This document shows positions 49,701-59,902 of a stretch of DNA of 64,000 nucleotides, piece after piece. Each line of letters starts with the position of its first letter. The first letter of the stretch is position 1. The notes under the pieces were generated by a model, which was not told the DNA's origin, ran no database searches, and saw nothing but the letters and a program-made list of their open reading frames with translations. A program made the position numbers and the translations under genes. This stretch comes from a virus. The stretch covers positions 30,337 through 94,336 of IMG/VR virus record IMGVR_UViG_3300023084_000009; one strand, 5' to 3'.

Positions 49701-52700
49701 TCTGCATCAGTTCCAACAGGAATTTGAATAGAGTTAGTGCTATCAAAGATAACTCTATCTCTAAATGTAGAAACACCAGTTGCTTCTACACCACCGGTAA
49801 TACTTACACCAGCACCAGTGGTCTCAAATTTCTTGGAGTTGTCGTAGTAGAGTTCTACTGCCCCATTTTCAGTATAAAGTAATGCGTCTTCGGTATTACT
49901 TTGATTGCGAAGACGTATAGTTGAACCAGTGATGAATATACCACCAACTCCAGTATCTTGAATAAAACTATTACTTCCACTATGATAAATCTGTAAGTCA
50001 TTACCATCACCAAGTCTCAGTCTATCATTATCACCAAGATCTACATTATCACTAAAAGTAGCAACTCCTACTACATCTAGACCACCACCAGTAATTCTTA
50101 ACCCAGAACGAGCGGTAGCGATACCAATAGCATCTACATTAACTACATCTTCATAGGTAAGAGTTCCACCAACAGTAACATCACCACTGAATGATGCACT
50201 AGTAGCAGTAAGAACACCAGCAATATTAACATTATCTAATTCTGTATGACCTTCAACATCTAGGTCTCCATTGAGATCAGTATTTCCAGATATTGTTGCA
50301 ATGCCTGCTACAGATAAATTTCCACTAGCAGTTAAACTTCTTGTACTTAAATCATCTCCAAGAGTAGCACCACCTTCAATATTAATCGAAGGTGCTGATA
50401 GAGTTCCTCCAACAAACAGATTACCCTCAAAGGTTCCAATACCAACAAAAGTTGATACACCCGAAACTCTGAGATTATCTAATTCCGTATGACCTTCAAC
50501 ATCTAGGTCACCATTAGCATCAATGTTTCCAGTAAAAGTAGAAACACCAGAAACAGTAAGATTGCCTCCATTAACATCTAAACTTCCATTGATAATTGTC
50601 TTATTAGATGCTGCAGGGTCAATAGTAATATCACCACTCAGTGATGAGAAAGTCGCATCGGCAAGCTGCAAATCACCAACTGTTATACTTGTTGGTGTAA
50701 TTACTGTCTGATTTAATCCACCATCAGTAACAGTCAAATTACCAGTGGTTTCTAAATCATAAGTTGTTGCAGCAAAACTTACATTACCACTTTCTTGATT
50801 GATATAGAATGCTTCACCAACTCTGAAGTCACCTTTATGGTCAATACTTACATAAGATACTTCACCATTATTCAGTTCTGTGACTTCATTTGCCTGAATA
50901 ACTGTAGTTGGGTCATTAGAAAAATCTTTACCAGATCCAACGTGGTTAAAGTTTAGAGCGAATAGACGTAGATTTACACCTAAACCATCAGCAACAACAC
51001 CCTGATCACCATACTCAACAGCACAACCAACTGAACGCAAGTCTGCGCCAAACATCTTATAGTCTGCAAGACTAATTGCACTGGCAATACCTGTAAAAGT
51101 AGTTCCGTCAGATTGGAAGAACTCAACTCGTTGAGTTGTACCAATACCAACGGAGGTAAAAGTGCCATATCCCTTTCCACTAATCTTAGCATAAGGTGAA
51201 TTGTAATTGGTAATCGTACCAACAGCAACTACAGAACCACCAGAATCAAACAACTTAACAACGTCGTTGACTGCTGGTGTCACTCCAGGAGTTCTAAACT
51301 TAAGCCTCGTTTCTGCGGTTCCAGCTATACCTACTGTACCAGATGTACCAACAATCGCTTGAGATGCGAAGTAGTGGAAACAGTTAAGGTACTCGGCACG
51401 AGCACCGTTCGTGAGAACAATACCTTTATTATTTGGAGTGAAGAAAGTAACCTCATTGAAAAGCATTCCTGCTTCCAATGAATTTGAAGCAACTTCAGAA
51501 CCATCAACCAATGCTCCACGTCCAGCAACATAAGTCGTTGGTGGATTGTCAGCAGTATCATAACCATAAGGATCAGTAGCACTAAGTGTAGATCCAGTAT
51601 TAAGAACCGTTACCCTTTGAATATAAGGGCTTCTGGTCGTGATGGCAATACCAGGAGCATATGCGAAGGCATAACCAGTATCATCGGTAGAATTATAATA
51701 TGAATTTCTGACAGTAAAATCTTCTAATGTTGATACATCATTCAGTAAGAAGACATTATTTGTTTTTGTAGCATCACTAGGTCTGATTGTAGTTGCTCTT
51801 AAACCAGCACCCTTTACAGTAACACCTCTAGGAACTGTCAGTGGAACTGTTTCTTCATAGGTTCCTGCCGAAATATTAATAAGATCCCCATTACCAGCAA
51901 CACTCAGTGCCTGAGCGATAGTAAGGTATGGTTCGTTTATGTTGTTACCACTGTTCGAATCGCTACCTGTAGTGGCAACATAGTACGTTTGTCCAAGCGC
52001 ATTGAGATCACCGTCAAATGAGGATGCGGTAAGAATGCCAGATACATTTACATTATCAAACTCGGCATGACCATCTACATCTAGATCAGCATTTAGATCA
52101 ACGTTTCCTGAGAACGTAGAAACACCAGTTGCTTCTACACCACCAGTAATACTTACACCAGCACCAGTGGTCTCAAATTTCTTGGAGTTGTCGTAGTAGA
52201 GTTCTGCCGAACCGTCAACATTAAACTTTGCTAGTGTTTCAGTGTTTACCTGATTGCCAATAACTACTGAAGCATCTCCAAGTAGATTTAGATTTCCAGT
52301 TCCAGTATCTTGAATATAACTTTGTCCACCAGAATGATATATTCTTAAATCATTACCATCACCCAAATAGATTGTATCATTATCACCAAGATATACATTT
52401 CCTTGGAATGTAGAAACACCAGAAACATTTAAGTTATCAAGTTCAGTATGCCCATCAACATCTAGATCAGCATTAAGATCAATGTTTCCTGAGAAAGTAG
52501 AAACACCAGTAACACTTAAATTCCTAGTTGAAATATCATCTCCAATTGATGATCCACCTTCAACATTAAGAGCTGGTGCATATAAAGTACCACCAACATA
52601 AACATCACTTTCAAACGTACTAACACCAACGACAGTAGAAACACCAACTACATATAAAGTTCCACCCTCAATATTTCCAGCAACGTCTAAACTCTTATCA

Positions 52701-53419
52701 ACAATAACATCTTCATAAAAAGTAGAAAATCCAGTAATGCTTAACTGGTTTGCAAAACTAGATCCAAAGACAGTAACACCAGCACCAGTGGTTTCAAACT
52801 TCTTAGAGTTATCATAGTATAGTTCTACTGAATCATTGGGTTTGAAAACTGCTATTGGTTCATCACTAGTATCCTTTCGGATAGTCATGTTTGAATCACT
52901 TTCTACAAATAATTCACCAGTATTATTTTTGATGTAACTATTAGTTCCATCATGATGTATTTCTAGATCATTACCAGCACCAATTCCCAGTGTAACATTA
53001 TCATCAAGATTTACATTATCGTTAAAAGTAGAGACTCCTACTACATCTAGTCCACCACCAGTAACTCTCAGTCCAGCTCTTGCTGTTGCAATTCCTACAG
53101 AGTCAACATTGACTACATCTTCATACTTAAGAACACCACCAACGGTTACATCACCACTGAAGTTAGCGGATGTTCCATTTATTGAACCGATAAATGTTGA
53201 AATACCATTTGCAGTTAAGTTTCTAGTTATAATATCATCGCCAATCGAAGCACCACCACCAGAACCCGAAGTTAAAGCGCCAGCAATATATACATCGCTC
53301 TGAAACGTACTTATTCCAGAAACAGCAAAAGCACCACCAACAAAAGCGTCTGTTGAAGTGATAGTTGATGCTGTACCTATCTCTAGACCGTTCTTTACCC
53401 TAAAATTTTGTGTTCCCAC
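46748..53419 (-). CDS. Giant tail fibre protein (2223 aa)
   Basis: Many ELYYDNSKKFETT/GHTELD repeats, shared ~500-aa domain, G.IRYN....FEG, collagen tract; GTG start. Confidence 0.82.
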   Translation of the reverse strand: MGTQNFRVKNGLEIGTASTITSTDAFVGGAFAVSGISTFQSDVYIAGALTSGSGGGASIGDDIITRNLTANGISTFIGSINGTSANFSGDVTVGGVLKYEDVVNVDSVGIATARAGLRVTGGGLDVVGVSTFNDNVNLDDNVTLGIGAGNDLEIHHDGTNSYIKNNTGELFVESDSNMTIRKDTSDEPIAVFKPNDSVELYYDNSKKFETTGAGVTVFGSSFANQLSITGFSTFYEDVIVDKSLDVAGNIEGGTLYVVGVSTVVGVSTFESDVYVGGTLYAPALNVEGGSSIGDDISTRNLSVTGVSTFSGNIDLNADLDVDGHTELDNLNVSGVSTFQGNVYLGDNDTIYLGDGNDLRIYHSGGQSYIQDTGTGNLNLLGDASVVIGNQVNTETLAKFNVDGSAELYYDNSKKFETTGAGVSITGGVEATGVSTFSGNVDLNADLDVDGHAEFDNVNVSGILTASSFDGDLNALGQTYYVATTGSDSNSGNNINEPYLTIAQALSVAGNGDLINISAGTYEETVPLTVPRGVTVKGAGLRATTIRPSDATKTNNVFLLNDVSTLEDFTVRNSYYNSTDDTGYAFAYAPGIAITTRSPYIQRVTVLNTGSTLSATDPYGYDTADNPPTTYVAGRGALVDGSEVASNSLEAGMLFNEVTFFTPNNKGIVLTNGARAEYLNCFHYFASQAIVGTSGTVGIAGTAETRLKFRTPGVTPAVNDVVKLFDSGGSVVAVGTITNYNSPYAKISGKGYGTFTSVGIGTTQRVEFFQSDGTTFTGIASAISLADYKMFGADLRSVGCAVEYGDQGVVADGLGVNLRLFALNFNHVGSGKDFSNDPTTVIQANEVTELNNGEVSYVSIDHKGDFRVGEAFYINQESGNVSFAATTYDLETTGNLTVTDGGLNQTVITPTSITVGDLQLADATFSSLSGDITIDPAASNKTIINGSLDVNGGNLTVSGVSTFTGNIDANGDLDVEGHTELDNLRVSGVSTFVGIGTFEGNLFVGGTLSAPSINIEGGATLGDDLSTRSLTASGNLSVAGIATISGNTDLNGDLDVEGHTELDNVNIAGVLTATSASFSGDVTVGGTLTYEDVVNVDAIGIATARSGLRITGGGLDVVGVATFSDNVDLGDNDRLRLGDGNDLQIYHSGSNSFIQDTGVGGIFITGSTIRLRNQSNTEDALLYTENGAVELYYDNSKKFETTGAGVSITGGVEATGVSTFRDRVIFDSTNSIQIPVGTDAEKDAVGTAVTGQIRYNTTNSQFEGFGPGNDWGSLGGVKDVDGDTYIKPESSPGSDEDALTFFTAGSERAVIDSDGNVGIATTNPTAKLDVRGTLNVSGVSTFQGNANLGDNVRLNFGDNDDFSIRHTGAHTNLVDTGQGNLYIAGSNEVVIANASINETKAKFITNGAVELYYDNSKKFETTGVGATVSGDLTISNNVQVVGVLTVGSSSVTINGDTNTISVGSGVTVHTTTVSVNQLEVAGLSTFSGIGTFQNDVFVNDSLNVAGDASIVGVLTVGSSSVTINGDTNTISVGSGVTIHTTTASFNQLEVVGLSTFIGIATFQNDAYAKTLYVTDLVVDGGASLGEDITTRNISASGIVTVTGNTDLNGDLDVDGHTELDNLNVSGVSTFQGNVNLGDNDKIRLGDGGDLEIFHDGLNSIIDDVNVGSLVLRSDSSILLRTRTGNENQLVATPNGSVSLYYNNSKKFETTVGGVDITGHTELDNARITGFLTATSASFSGDVTVGGTLKYEDVVNVDAIGIATARSGLRITGGGLDVVGVSTFNDDVNVTSGNSYQINSTDVLSATTLGAGVTNSSLTTVGAGVINNRAELTVGQPSGSDYILLYDADVGDLKKATISNAALQGVQGIQGIQGVQGTQGTQGVQGTQGVQGTQGTQGIQGITGSQGTQGIQGVQGTQGTQGIQGITGSQGTQGRQGTQGVQGIQGTTGAQGAFGTQGVQGIQGIQGRQGTSGAQGATGAQGVQGRQGTNGTQGTQGIPGPVVASANQILFKNSSNVATGSNNLRYFASSNEVSLVGYVTATQGYNIGISSNGSPVSYGPLTTLNFLGVGNTFAITGSRADITIDPDVRNIEQINKVLFTHYGGFDTNTTIGSPQKFGEVFTHPSSTVDIESGVTVYVDDGCVLAITDKTDFDMNYYGREIGGTNLLRGDSFDDNIRSVFQTSITLGGMQKVGYGKIPSYLQDDITYDIENGVTVTVDDTCVLVL
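47430..47838 (-). repeat. Collagen-like G-X-Q repeat
   Basis: GVQGIQGTQ tract. Confidence 0.88.
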
Positions 53420-53455
53420 AGGTTCACTTTCCCCCGATGGTTTTTTAGGTATTTA

Positions 53456-56400
53456 TCAAACCTTTACTGCATCGAAGATTATATTATAAGTTGTGATACC
53501 AGAACTTGCTGGTGTGGCAAGAAGTCTTAAGTTTCCACCAGATACATCCACATCATATGTAGCAACTACGGATGTATTGTAAATTGCACCATACTCATTA
53601 TAGTATGCTGTAGATCCATCATGAAGTGCAGTAATCTTAGTCGTGTGATAATTTCCACCCTCGGTCGCTTGGATTGTATAGTCTATAGAACGATAGGATG
53701 CTACTGGAACTGCAGAGTGAATTCCAATCTGTGAAGTTGTTGTTGTCTCTGCTGTTGTTGTACCATAAGAAACCCTATCATCAATAGAAATATATCCATG
53801 AACATCAAGAGATTCATTTGGAATAGTTGTTCCAATTCCAACATTATAATTGGTATGAATACCAACATATGGTGGATCTGAAGAAACCCAATAGTTACTA
53901 ATTCCAGCATTGCTTGTATCAACCCACTGCTGACTATTACCATCATCATAGTAAATCTTGAGTTGACCATATACGCTATCCCACCACAGGTCTCCTGCAA
54001 GTGGTGATACTGGTGGGAACTCACCAATAACTGCTAGATTCTCACCACCATTTGTATCAACCCACTGAGTACTATCACCATCAGCATAATAAACTTTCAG
54101 GTCTCCAGTGTCACTTTCCCACCAGAGGTCGCCTGCCCTTGCACCACCTGGTGGTTCGGTTGAAACAGAAACTCTTGCACCACCAACACTATCAAGGTCA
54201 ATAACAACAGTGCTTCCATATCCAGTGATACTGAGACCAGTACCAACAAAGTTAATATCAGTAAATCCAGTACCAACTCTTGCCTCTGGGGTTATAACTC
54301 CAGAAGTTGGATTTACTTCGGTAGATCCAATACCAACACCAGCAACGAATAAGATGCCATCCTTATAGAGATCACCGTTGAAGTTAATATCACCATTAAC
54401 GTCCAGGTCATAATTTGGATCGGTAGAAGCAACACCAACAGGACCAGCAAAGTATGCTCCACTATCAACTTGGAATGCTTGTGCGCTAGTTCCTGTAGAA
54501 GTTCCCGTTCCTACCAGTACTGGACCAGTTGTAAATGTTGTTAATCCAGAAATGATGAGAGTATCACCATTTATATTACCTGTAAGGGTGGCATTACGTG
54601 CCGTGAATTCATCAAATACCAGATCATCAGCAACGTAAAGATCACCACCAACATAGAGATCACTTTGGAATGTACCAATACCAGTGAAAGTAGAAACACC
54701 ACCAACATTAATTGGTCCAGTGATATCTACGAAAGAATTGATATCAAGGTAAGAACCAAATGTTGTTACTCCAGATATATTAACATCATCAAGTTCAGTA
54801 AGTCCATTTACATCTAGATTTCCTTCTAAGTCTAGATCAGCATTAGCATCTATGTTACTGGTGAATGTGGAAACACCATTAACATTTAATTGTGTGGAAG
54901 TGAGATCACCAATATCATAAATCTCTGTTCCTGTACCAACAACTCCTGTAATTTCCTTATTGACTATCTCAAACCAGGCACCACTATGTGCAAAGAAAGC
55001 TTTACCATAACTATGAACATGAGCAAATGCACCATGATATGTTCCAGCATCAGGAAGATCTGAATAGTTAGAATATAGGAAAGGTATTACGTTACTTGTG
55101 CCAGCACCAACAATTCTTCCACCAAAAGTAGAAGCGCCAGATACATTTACAGTGTTTAATTCAGTATGTTGCTCTACATCTAGATTACCGTTGGCATCAA
55201 TATCACCAGTAAATGTAGAAGCGCCAGATACATTTACAGTGTTTAATTCAGTATGACCATTTACATCTAAGTCAAATGCGGTTACAATCCCACTAATATT
55301 AATCTGTGGGACTTCTAAAGTATTGTATATTGTTACTCCGTAACCAGTAGTCTCAAACTTTCTAGAATTGTCATAATAAAGTTCTACTGCACCATCAACA
55401 TTAAAGTTTGCATAACTTTCACTACCATCAGCATTTGCAAAATAAATTGCTGCAGTTCCTCTGATATTAAGATTACCAATACCATCATCTACGATGTAAG
55501 AATTTGATCCATCATTATAGATCTGTAAATCATTGCTTCCACCAAGATTAATTCTGTCGTCATTACCAAGATAAATGTCATCTTGGAAAGTAGCAATTCC
55601 AGTGAATAGTGAAGTATGAGTAACTTTTAAATGGCGAGTGGTTGTAAGACCAGTAACATCAAGAGTTGAAGATCTTACATGATCAATGGAAGAGATTCCA
55701 ATATAATCCAGAGTTGTACCCTGGAGATGAGTAGCAAATCCTACATCAATATATGATGTTTTTGCATCAAGAACTTCAAAGTTTCCTCTTGTGATTGTTG
55801 CGGCAGTACCTGTAATATTTCTCGCGCTGATGCTAAAATCGCCAACCTTAACATCACCAACAGCAAGTCTAATCTCGTTAGGAACAAGAGTAGATCCAAT
55901 ACCAACTGCCTGATTAGTCAACCATGCATCAGTGGTTCCAACACCCATTGTGTTGTGCTTATACCACAACCACTGCTTATAAGTATTTGGTAAGCTATTA
56001 ATTCCAGTAACTTGAAGAGGAACTAAGTAATGTCCTTCAGTACTAGCAACAGCAATACCAGAAGAATTTGCAGTATTATCTGTTGGAGTTGTTGTAGTAG
56101 TAAATCCAAGAATTAATTCTTTGTCTTCAATTCTTACTGTTTCAGCATCAAGAAGAATTGAAGTTCCACCAATACTTACGTCACCTTGAATGGTGAGGTT
56201 TCCATAGAATACTGAATCTGGAGCATGAATATCAAAGTCATTAGTGACTTCTAAGTTATATGCTGTAAGAGTTCCAGATACATTTACATTATCAAGTTCA
56301 GAATGTCCATTTACATCAATATTTCCTTCTAGATCTAAATCACCATTAGCATCTAGATTACCACCAATTGTAGTAACGCCAGAAATATTAACATTGTCAA

Positions 56401-57232
56401 GTTCTGTATGCCCTTGAACATCTAAATCACCACCAACTGATACATCACCACCAAGAGTCAAATCACCACTAAGTGTGGAGATACCAGCAACATAAAGATT
56501 GCCCTGTATATCAGTTTGCTTACCAATTGAAGTAAATCCGGTGATTACACTATCACCAATTACTTCTAATTGATATAGTGGATCAGAATTACCTACTCCA
56601 AGTTTTCCAGAAACGTAAGCACCACCAGTAACTTGCAGTTTTTGATTACTTATTCCTGTTGAGTAATCATTGTTAATGAGTACCTCACCAACAGTATTAA
56701 TCCGCATTCTATTCGAACCGGATTCAGATGGTCTAACTTGATAGTTTGCTGTTCCAGTTTGGAAGATAATGTGCCCAGCAGTACCACTTCCAGACTCTGA
56801 TCTAATATACAGATCGCCAGCATTGTCCTCAAAAGCAGAACTAGATTGACCAGGATCTACAAGAGCAATCCAAGGTCCACTTTGATCAAATACTGTTAGA
56901 TTAGCAAATGGATTCGTATATCCGATACTAACATAGGTTGAAATATAAGCACCACCATCAACCTGCAACGTTTGGTTGAAAGTTCCTGTTGATGTGGCAC
57001 CACCAACTAAAAGAGTACTCTCTACTGTAGTAACACCAGCAACATATACAGTGTCATCTACACGAAGATTCCCACTTACTCTTTCATTACCTATAACATA
57101 TAAAGAGTTTTCTTCAGCGGTACTGGTTCCAATACCAACCTTACCGATAGTTTGTAAAACGGTACTACTCTCGGTAAATGATGATATACCAAGATTTAAA
57201 TTAGATTTTCTGCCGCTGAGAAACTTGCCCAT
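53456..57232 (-). CDS. Tail fibre protein (1258 aa)
   Basis: GVSTF repeats, LP.A..YHG.FAHVH, two GDLWW...G.LK.YY.DG.S.QWVD units. Confidence 0.78.
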   Translation of the reverse strand: MGKFLSGRKSNLNLGISSFTESSTVLQTIGKVGIGTSTAEENSLYVIGNERVSGNLRVDDTVYVAGVTTVESTLLVGGATSTGTFNQTLQVDGGAYISTYVSIGYTNPFANLTVFDQSGPWIALVDPGQSSSAFEDNAGDLYIRSESGSGTAGHIIFQTGTANYQVRPSESGSNRMRINTVGEVLINNDYSTGISNQKLQVTGGAYVSGKLGVGNSDPLYQLEVIGDSVITGFTSIGKQTDIQGNLYVAGISTLSGDLTLGGDVSVGGDLDVQGHTELDNVNISGVTTIGGNLDANGDLDLEGNIDVNGHSELDNVNVSGTLTAYNLEVTNDFDIHAPDSVFYGNLTIQGDVSIGGTSILLDAETVRIEDKELILGFTTTTTPTDNTANSSGIAVASTEGHYLVPLQVTGINSLPNTYKQWLWYKHNTMGVGTTDAWLTNQAVGIGSTLVPNEIRLAVGDVKVGDFSISARNITGTAATITRGNFEVLDAKTSYIDVGFATHLQGTTLDYIGISSIDHVRSSTLDVTGLTTTRHLKVTHTSLFTGIATFQDDIYLGNDDRINLGGSNDLQIYNDGSNSYIVDDGIGNLNIRGTAAIYFANADGSESYANFNVDGAVELYYDNSRKFETTGYGVTIYNTLEVPQINISGIVTAFDLDVNGHTELNTVNVSGASTFTGDIDANGNLDVEQHTELNTVNVSGASTFGGRIVGAGTSNVIPFLYSNYSDLPDAGTYHGAFAHVHSYGKAFFAHSGAWFEIVNKEITGVVGTGTEIYDIGDLTSTQLNVNGVSTFTSNIDANADLDLEGNLDVNGLTELDDVNISGVTTFGSYLDINSFVDITGPINVGGVSTFTGIGTFQSDLYVGGDLYVADDLVFDEFTARNATLTGNINGDTLIISGLTTFTTGPVLVGTGTSTGTSAQAFQVDSGAYFAGPVGVASTDPNYDLDVNGDINFNGDLYKDGILFVAGVGIGSTEVNPTSGVITPEARVGTGFTDINFVGTGLSITGYGSTVVIDLDSVGGARVSVSTEPPGGARAGDLWWESDTGDLKVYYADGDSTQWVDTNGGENLAVIGEFPPVSPLAGDLWWDSVYGQLKIYYDDGNSQQWVDTSNAGISNYWVSSDPPYVGIHTNYNVGIGTTIPNESLDVHGYISIDDRVSYGTTTAETTTTSQIGIHSAVPVASYRSIDYTIQATEGGNYHTTKITALHDGSTAYYNEYGAIYNTSVVATYDVDVSGGNLRLLATPASSGITTYNIIFDAVKV

Positions 57233-57243
57233 TTCTTATATTA

Positions 57244-57573
57244 TTAGTTAAGTGTTTCCAGAATGCTGACGGTTAATTTCAAATTACTATCGTTGCTACC
57301 AGATAGTTGCAACGAATCACCAGACTCAAGAATCAATCTGCCATTTATAAGACTAAGAGTGTCTTTCCCCTCAATAGGGAAGTCTTTAACAATTTCAGTA
57401 GTAGTTACCGTTCTCTGATGAGAAAGAGAAACAGAATGTGATACAGAATCAATGTTAGCGACTTGTGCTAACAGAACAACACCACTGTACCCAACGGGAG
57501 CAGTGTAGATACCAACAGGACTTGTTGGTGCAACATATGTAACTGTTTTAAATACGTTTAATGGTAAAGCCAT
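57244..57573 (-). CDS. Small virion structural protein
   Basis: LN.FKTV, YTAPVGY, G.LILESGD.L, SILET. Confidence 0.7.
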   Translation of the reverse strand: MALPLNVFKTVTYVAPTSPVGIYTAPVGYSGVVLLAQVANIDSVSHSVSLSHQRTVTTTEIVKDFPIEGKDTLSLINGRLILESGDSLQLSGSNDSNLKLTVSILETLN

Positions 57574-57577
57574 TTTA

Positions 57578-59452
57578 TTAATTTCCTCCTAGTGCTAGAA
57601 TTAATGGCGTCACGTTTGCAAACAAACTCTTCGAATAGAAATTACCAGAAATAGTTCCAGTCAATTGATTGATAATAACACCTTCACCAATTCTAAAGTT
57701 TCCAGCCTGATCGGTACTGGTATAAACGACCAATCCACCATTAGTCATATCAACTTCATTATCTTGAATTACAATACCACCATTCTTAGGAAGAGCAGCG
57801 GCAATAGTTGTACCAGATCCAACATACTCAAAAGAATGACCAGATGCTAGCAAACGACTTTGCTTAAAGAATGGAACTGTAGTTCCTACTCCAACAGAGA
57901 ATGGAATATTTTCATTAACAGTTATAGTACATATTCCAGATGAAGTAATTTCTGTCGAACTTTCAATAGCAAAGTATGAAGGAAGAGTTTTAACATATCC
58001 CGTTGCCGTATTAAAACCAACGTCTGGAGCAGAAAAAGTTACACTAGGTGTAGTAGTATAACCTCTTCCACTTGAAATCAATAAAACGTCACTAACAGAC
58101 CCATCTAGAGTTTCTGCAGCTGCAGTGGCAGTAATTCCCCATTCAGTGGATGGGTCATCAATAGTTACTGTTGGTGGAGAAGTATATCCAGTTCCACCAG
58201 AACTAACAACAACTTTAGAAACTGTGTTGTAGAGATGGTCAAAATAAACAACTTGACCATCAAAAGGTCTAGTAACATTTACAGAAACACTTCCAGGACT
58301 ATAAAAAGTGTGGCGAATCGTTGAAACAGATCCAACATTTACTTCAAAAGTTGTAGTTGATGGAGTTGCTTTAACCTCAAAAACGTATCCATTATTTCCT
58401 GATGGATAATATAGTGGTGTTACTCCACCATCATAATCACAAGTAAATCCAACACCGTTAAGTGTAACACCCATTCCAACGTTAAACCCATGAGCAGATG
58501 CTGTGGTTGCCGTTAAAACGCCAGTAATATGATCATAATCAGCACCAGTGACTTGTAAGGTGCTCACACCAACATTAACTGTAAATACTGATGAATTAAC
58601 TGGTGCTGATTCAAGAAGAGTTCCAGAGAACTTTAACGGACTCACACCATCAGAAACTAATCCGTAGTTACCAAATGATGAGTTTGAGTTGGTTAGGTCG
58701 CAAGCACCACCAGAACCAGTAAATACAGCAGTTTCATCACAGATAGTAAAGAGAGAAACTAACTGAGCATATCCCTCGTTCGTAATAGATGCTCCAATTC
58801 CTGCTTCATTATACTGAGTATAAGAGTCAAGAACCATTGACTTCAATGGTCCAAGAGCATGATTTCCATCGACTCTCAGACCAATACTTCTTGGGATAAA
58901 GTTTGTGCAGTTTTGAATATAAGGAGATTGTGCAAAATATTTGATATCATTTGGATTGAAAGCAAAGATTGCTCCAGTATTGGCCGAACCAACAAATGAC
59001 ATCTCGGTAATATAATTACCAGGACTTACATAAAAGAGATCACCTTGATTTTGTGGAGTAACCGATACCTCTCTCAGATTATCTCCAACAATACTTATTT
59101 GAGATGGAAGTGCAATAGGATTATCTTCTAGATAAGTCCCAGCACTAACTTTAATAACAGTTCCTGCTGTTGCGATTCCAACTGCTGCTTTGATTGTTCG
59201 TTTGGCGTCTCCGAGTTTGACTCCTGTGTTGTCGTCGTCTCCGTCTGTTGTGACATATAAAACATTAGTGACTTCTGTACCGGCGGTAAGATTAACAACC
59301 TCCGTAGCGATACCAGTAGCTGCAAACCTATCTCTTATCGTAAATAGGTTCGCATCATAAGTGTTAAGAGCTAATTCTCCCGTCTGTAAATCGGAAACCT
59401 GGGGAATTTTTCCAGGCACCGCAGATCGTTTGATTCTATACGGTGTTGCCAT
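57578..59452 (-). CDS. Virion structural / fibre protein
   Basis: IKRS.V.GK.P....L..GELALN..D, LYV...GDD.N.G, SPYIQNCT, STDQ.GNFRIG. Confidence 0.75.
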   Translation of the reverse strand: MATPYRIKRSAVPGKIPQVSDLQTGELALNTYDANLFTIRDRFAATGIATEVVNLTAGTEVTNVLYVTTDGDDDNTGVKLGDAKRTIKAAVGIATAGTVIKVSAGTYLEDNPIALPSQISIVGDNLREVSVTPQNQGDLFYVSPGNYITEMSFVGSANTGAIFAFNPNDIKYFAQSPYIQNCTNFIPRSIGLRVDGNHALGPLKSMVLDSYTQYNEAGIGASITNEGYAQLVSLFTICDETAVFTGSGGACDLTNSNSSFGNYGLVSDGVSPLKFSGTLLESAPVNSSVFTVNVGVSTLQVTGADYDHITGVLTATTASAHGFNVGMGVTLNGVGFTCDYDGGVTPLYYPSGNNGYVFEVKATPSTTTFEVNVGSVSTIRHTFYSPGSVSVNVTRPFDGQVVYFDHLYNTVSKVVVSSGGTGYTSPPTVTIDDPSTEWGITATAAAETLDGSVSDVLLISSGRGYTTTPSVTFSAPDVGFNTATGYVKTLPSYFAIESSTEITSSGICTITVNENIPFSVGVGTTVPFFKQSRLLASGHSFEYVGSGTTIAAALPKNGGIVIQDNEVDMTNGGLVVYTSTDQAGNFRIGEGVIINQLTGTISGNFYSKSLFANVTPLILALGGN

Positions 59453-59509
59453 TTATCGCATTCGGTATGTACCAAAAGAAGCAGTATATACTGCCTTTGA
59501 TTTATTTAT

Positions 59510-59881
59510 TCAAGTTGCGTTATTCCTTCTTGGGCGATACGCAAACAAGTTAGTCGGTGGATCTGGTTTCATCCAGTCCTTAATTTTTTCATATCTCTGA
59601 ATACTAAAAAACTCCTGAGAAAGATACCAATCTTCCCAAGGAGTATGACCTTTATCTTGATTGCAATCATGGCAGGCACACACAACATTCTTTGTGTAGT
59701 CTGCTCCACCCTTTGAACGGGGAACAATGTGATCTAATGTGAGTCCTTCTTCAGACCCACAATAGGCACATTTATTACCCCATTCTTCCTTTATCTTCCT
59801 CCTCCACATTCTTTTCGCTTCTGCCGAACTTGTTGTCTGGAGATTGAAGACATAGGCTTGCGGGGAGTTGTATAGGGGCAT
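59510..59881 (-). CDS. HNH endonuclease
   Basis: CAYCG, TLDHIVP.SKGG, N...AC..CN..K. Confidence 0.9.
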   Translation of the reverse strand: MPLYNSPQAYVFNLQTTSSAEAKRMWRRKIKEEWGNKCAYCGSEEGLTLDHIVPRSKGGADYTKNVVCACHDCNQDKGHTPWEDWYLSQEFFSIQRYEKIKDWMKPDPPTNLFAYRPRRNNAT

Positions 59882-59902
59882 AAAAGAATTTTGCCGTTTT
59901 AG

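Noticed and set aside
20221-59452. Diversity-generating retroelement or invertible shufflon
   Set aside because: No reverse transcriptase or recombinase in the window, repeats are direct, and differences between copies look mostly synonymous rather than adenine-specific
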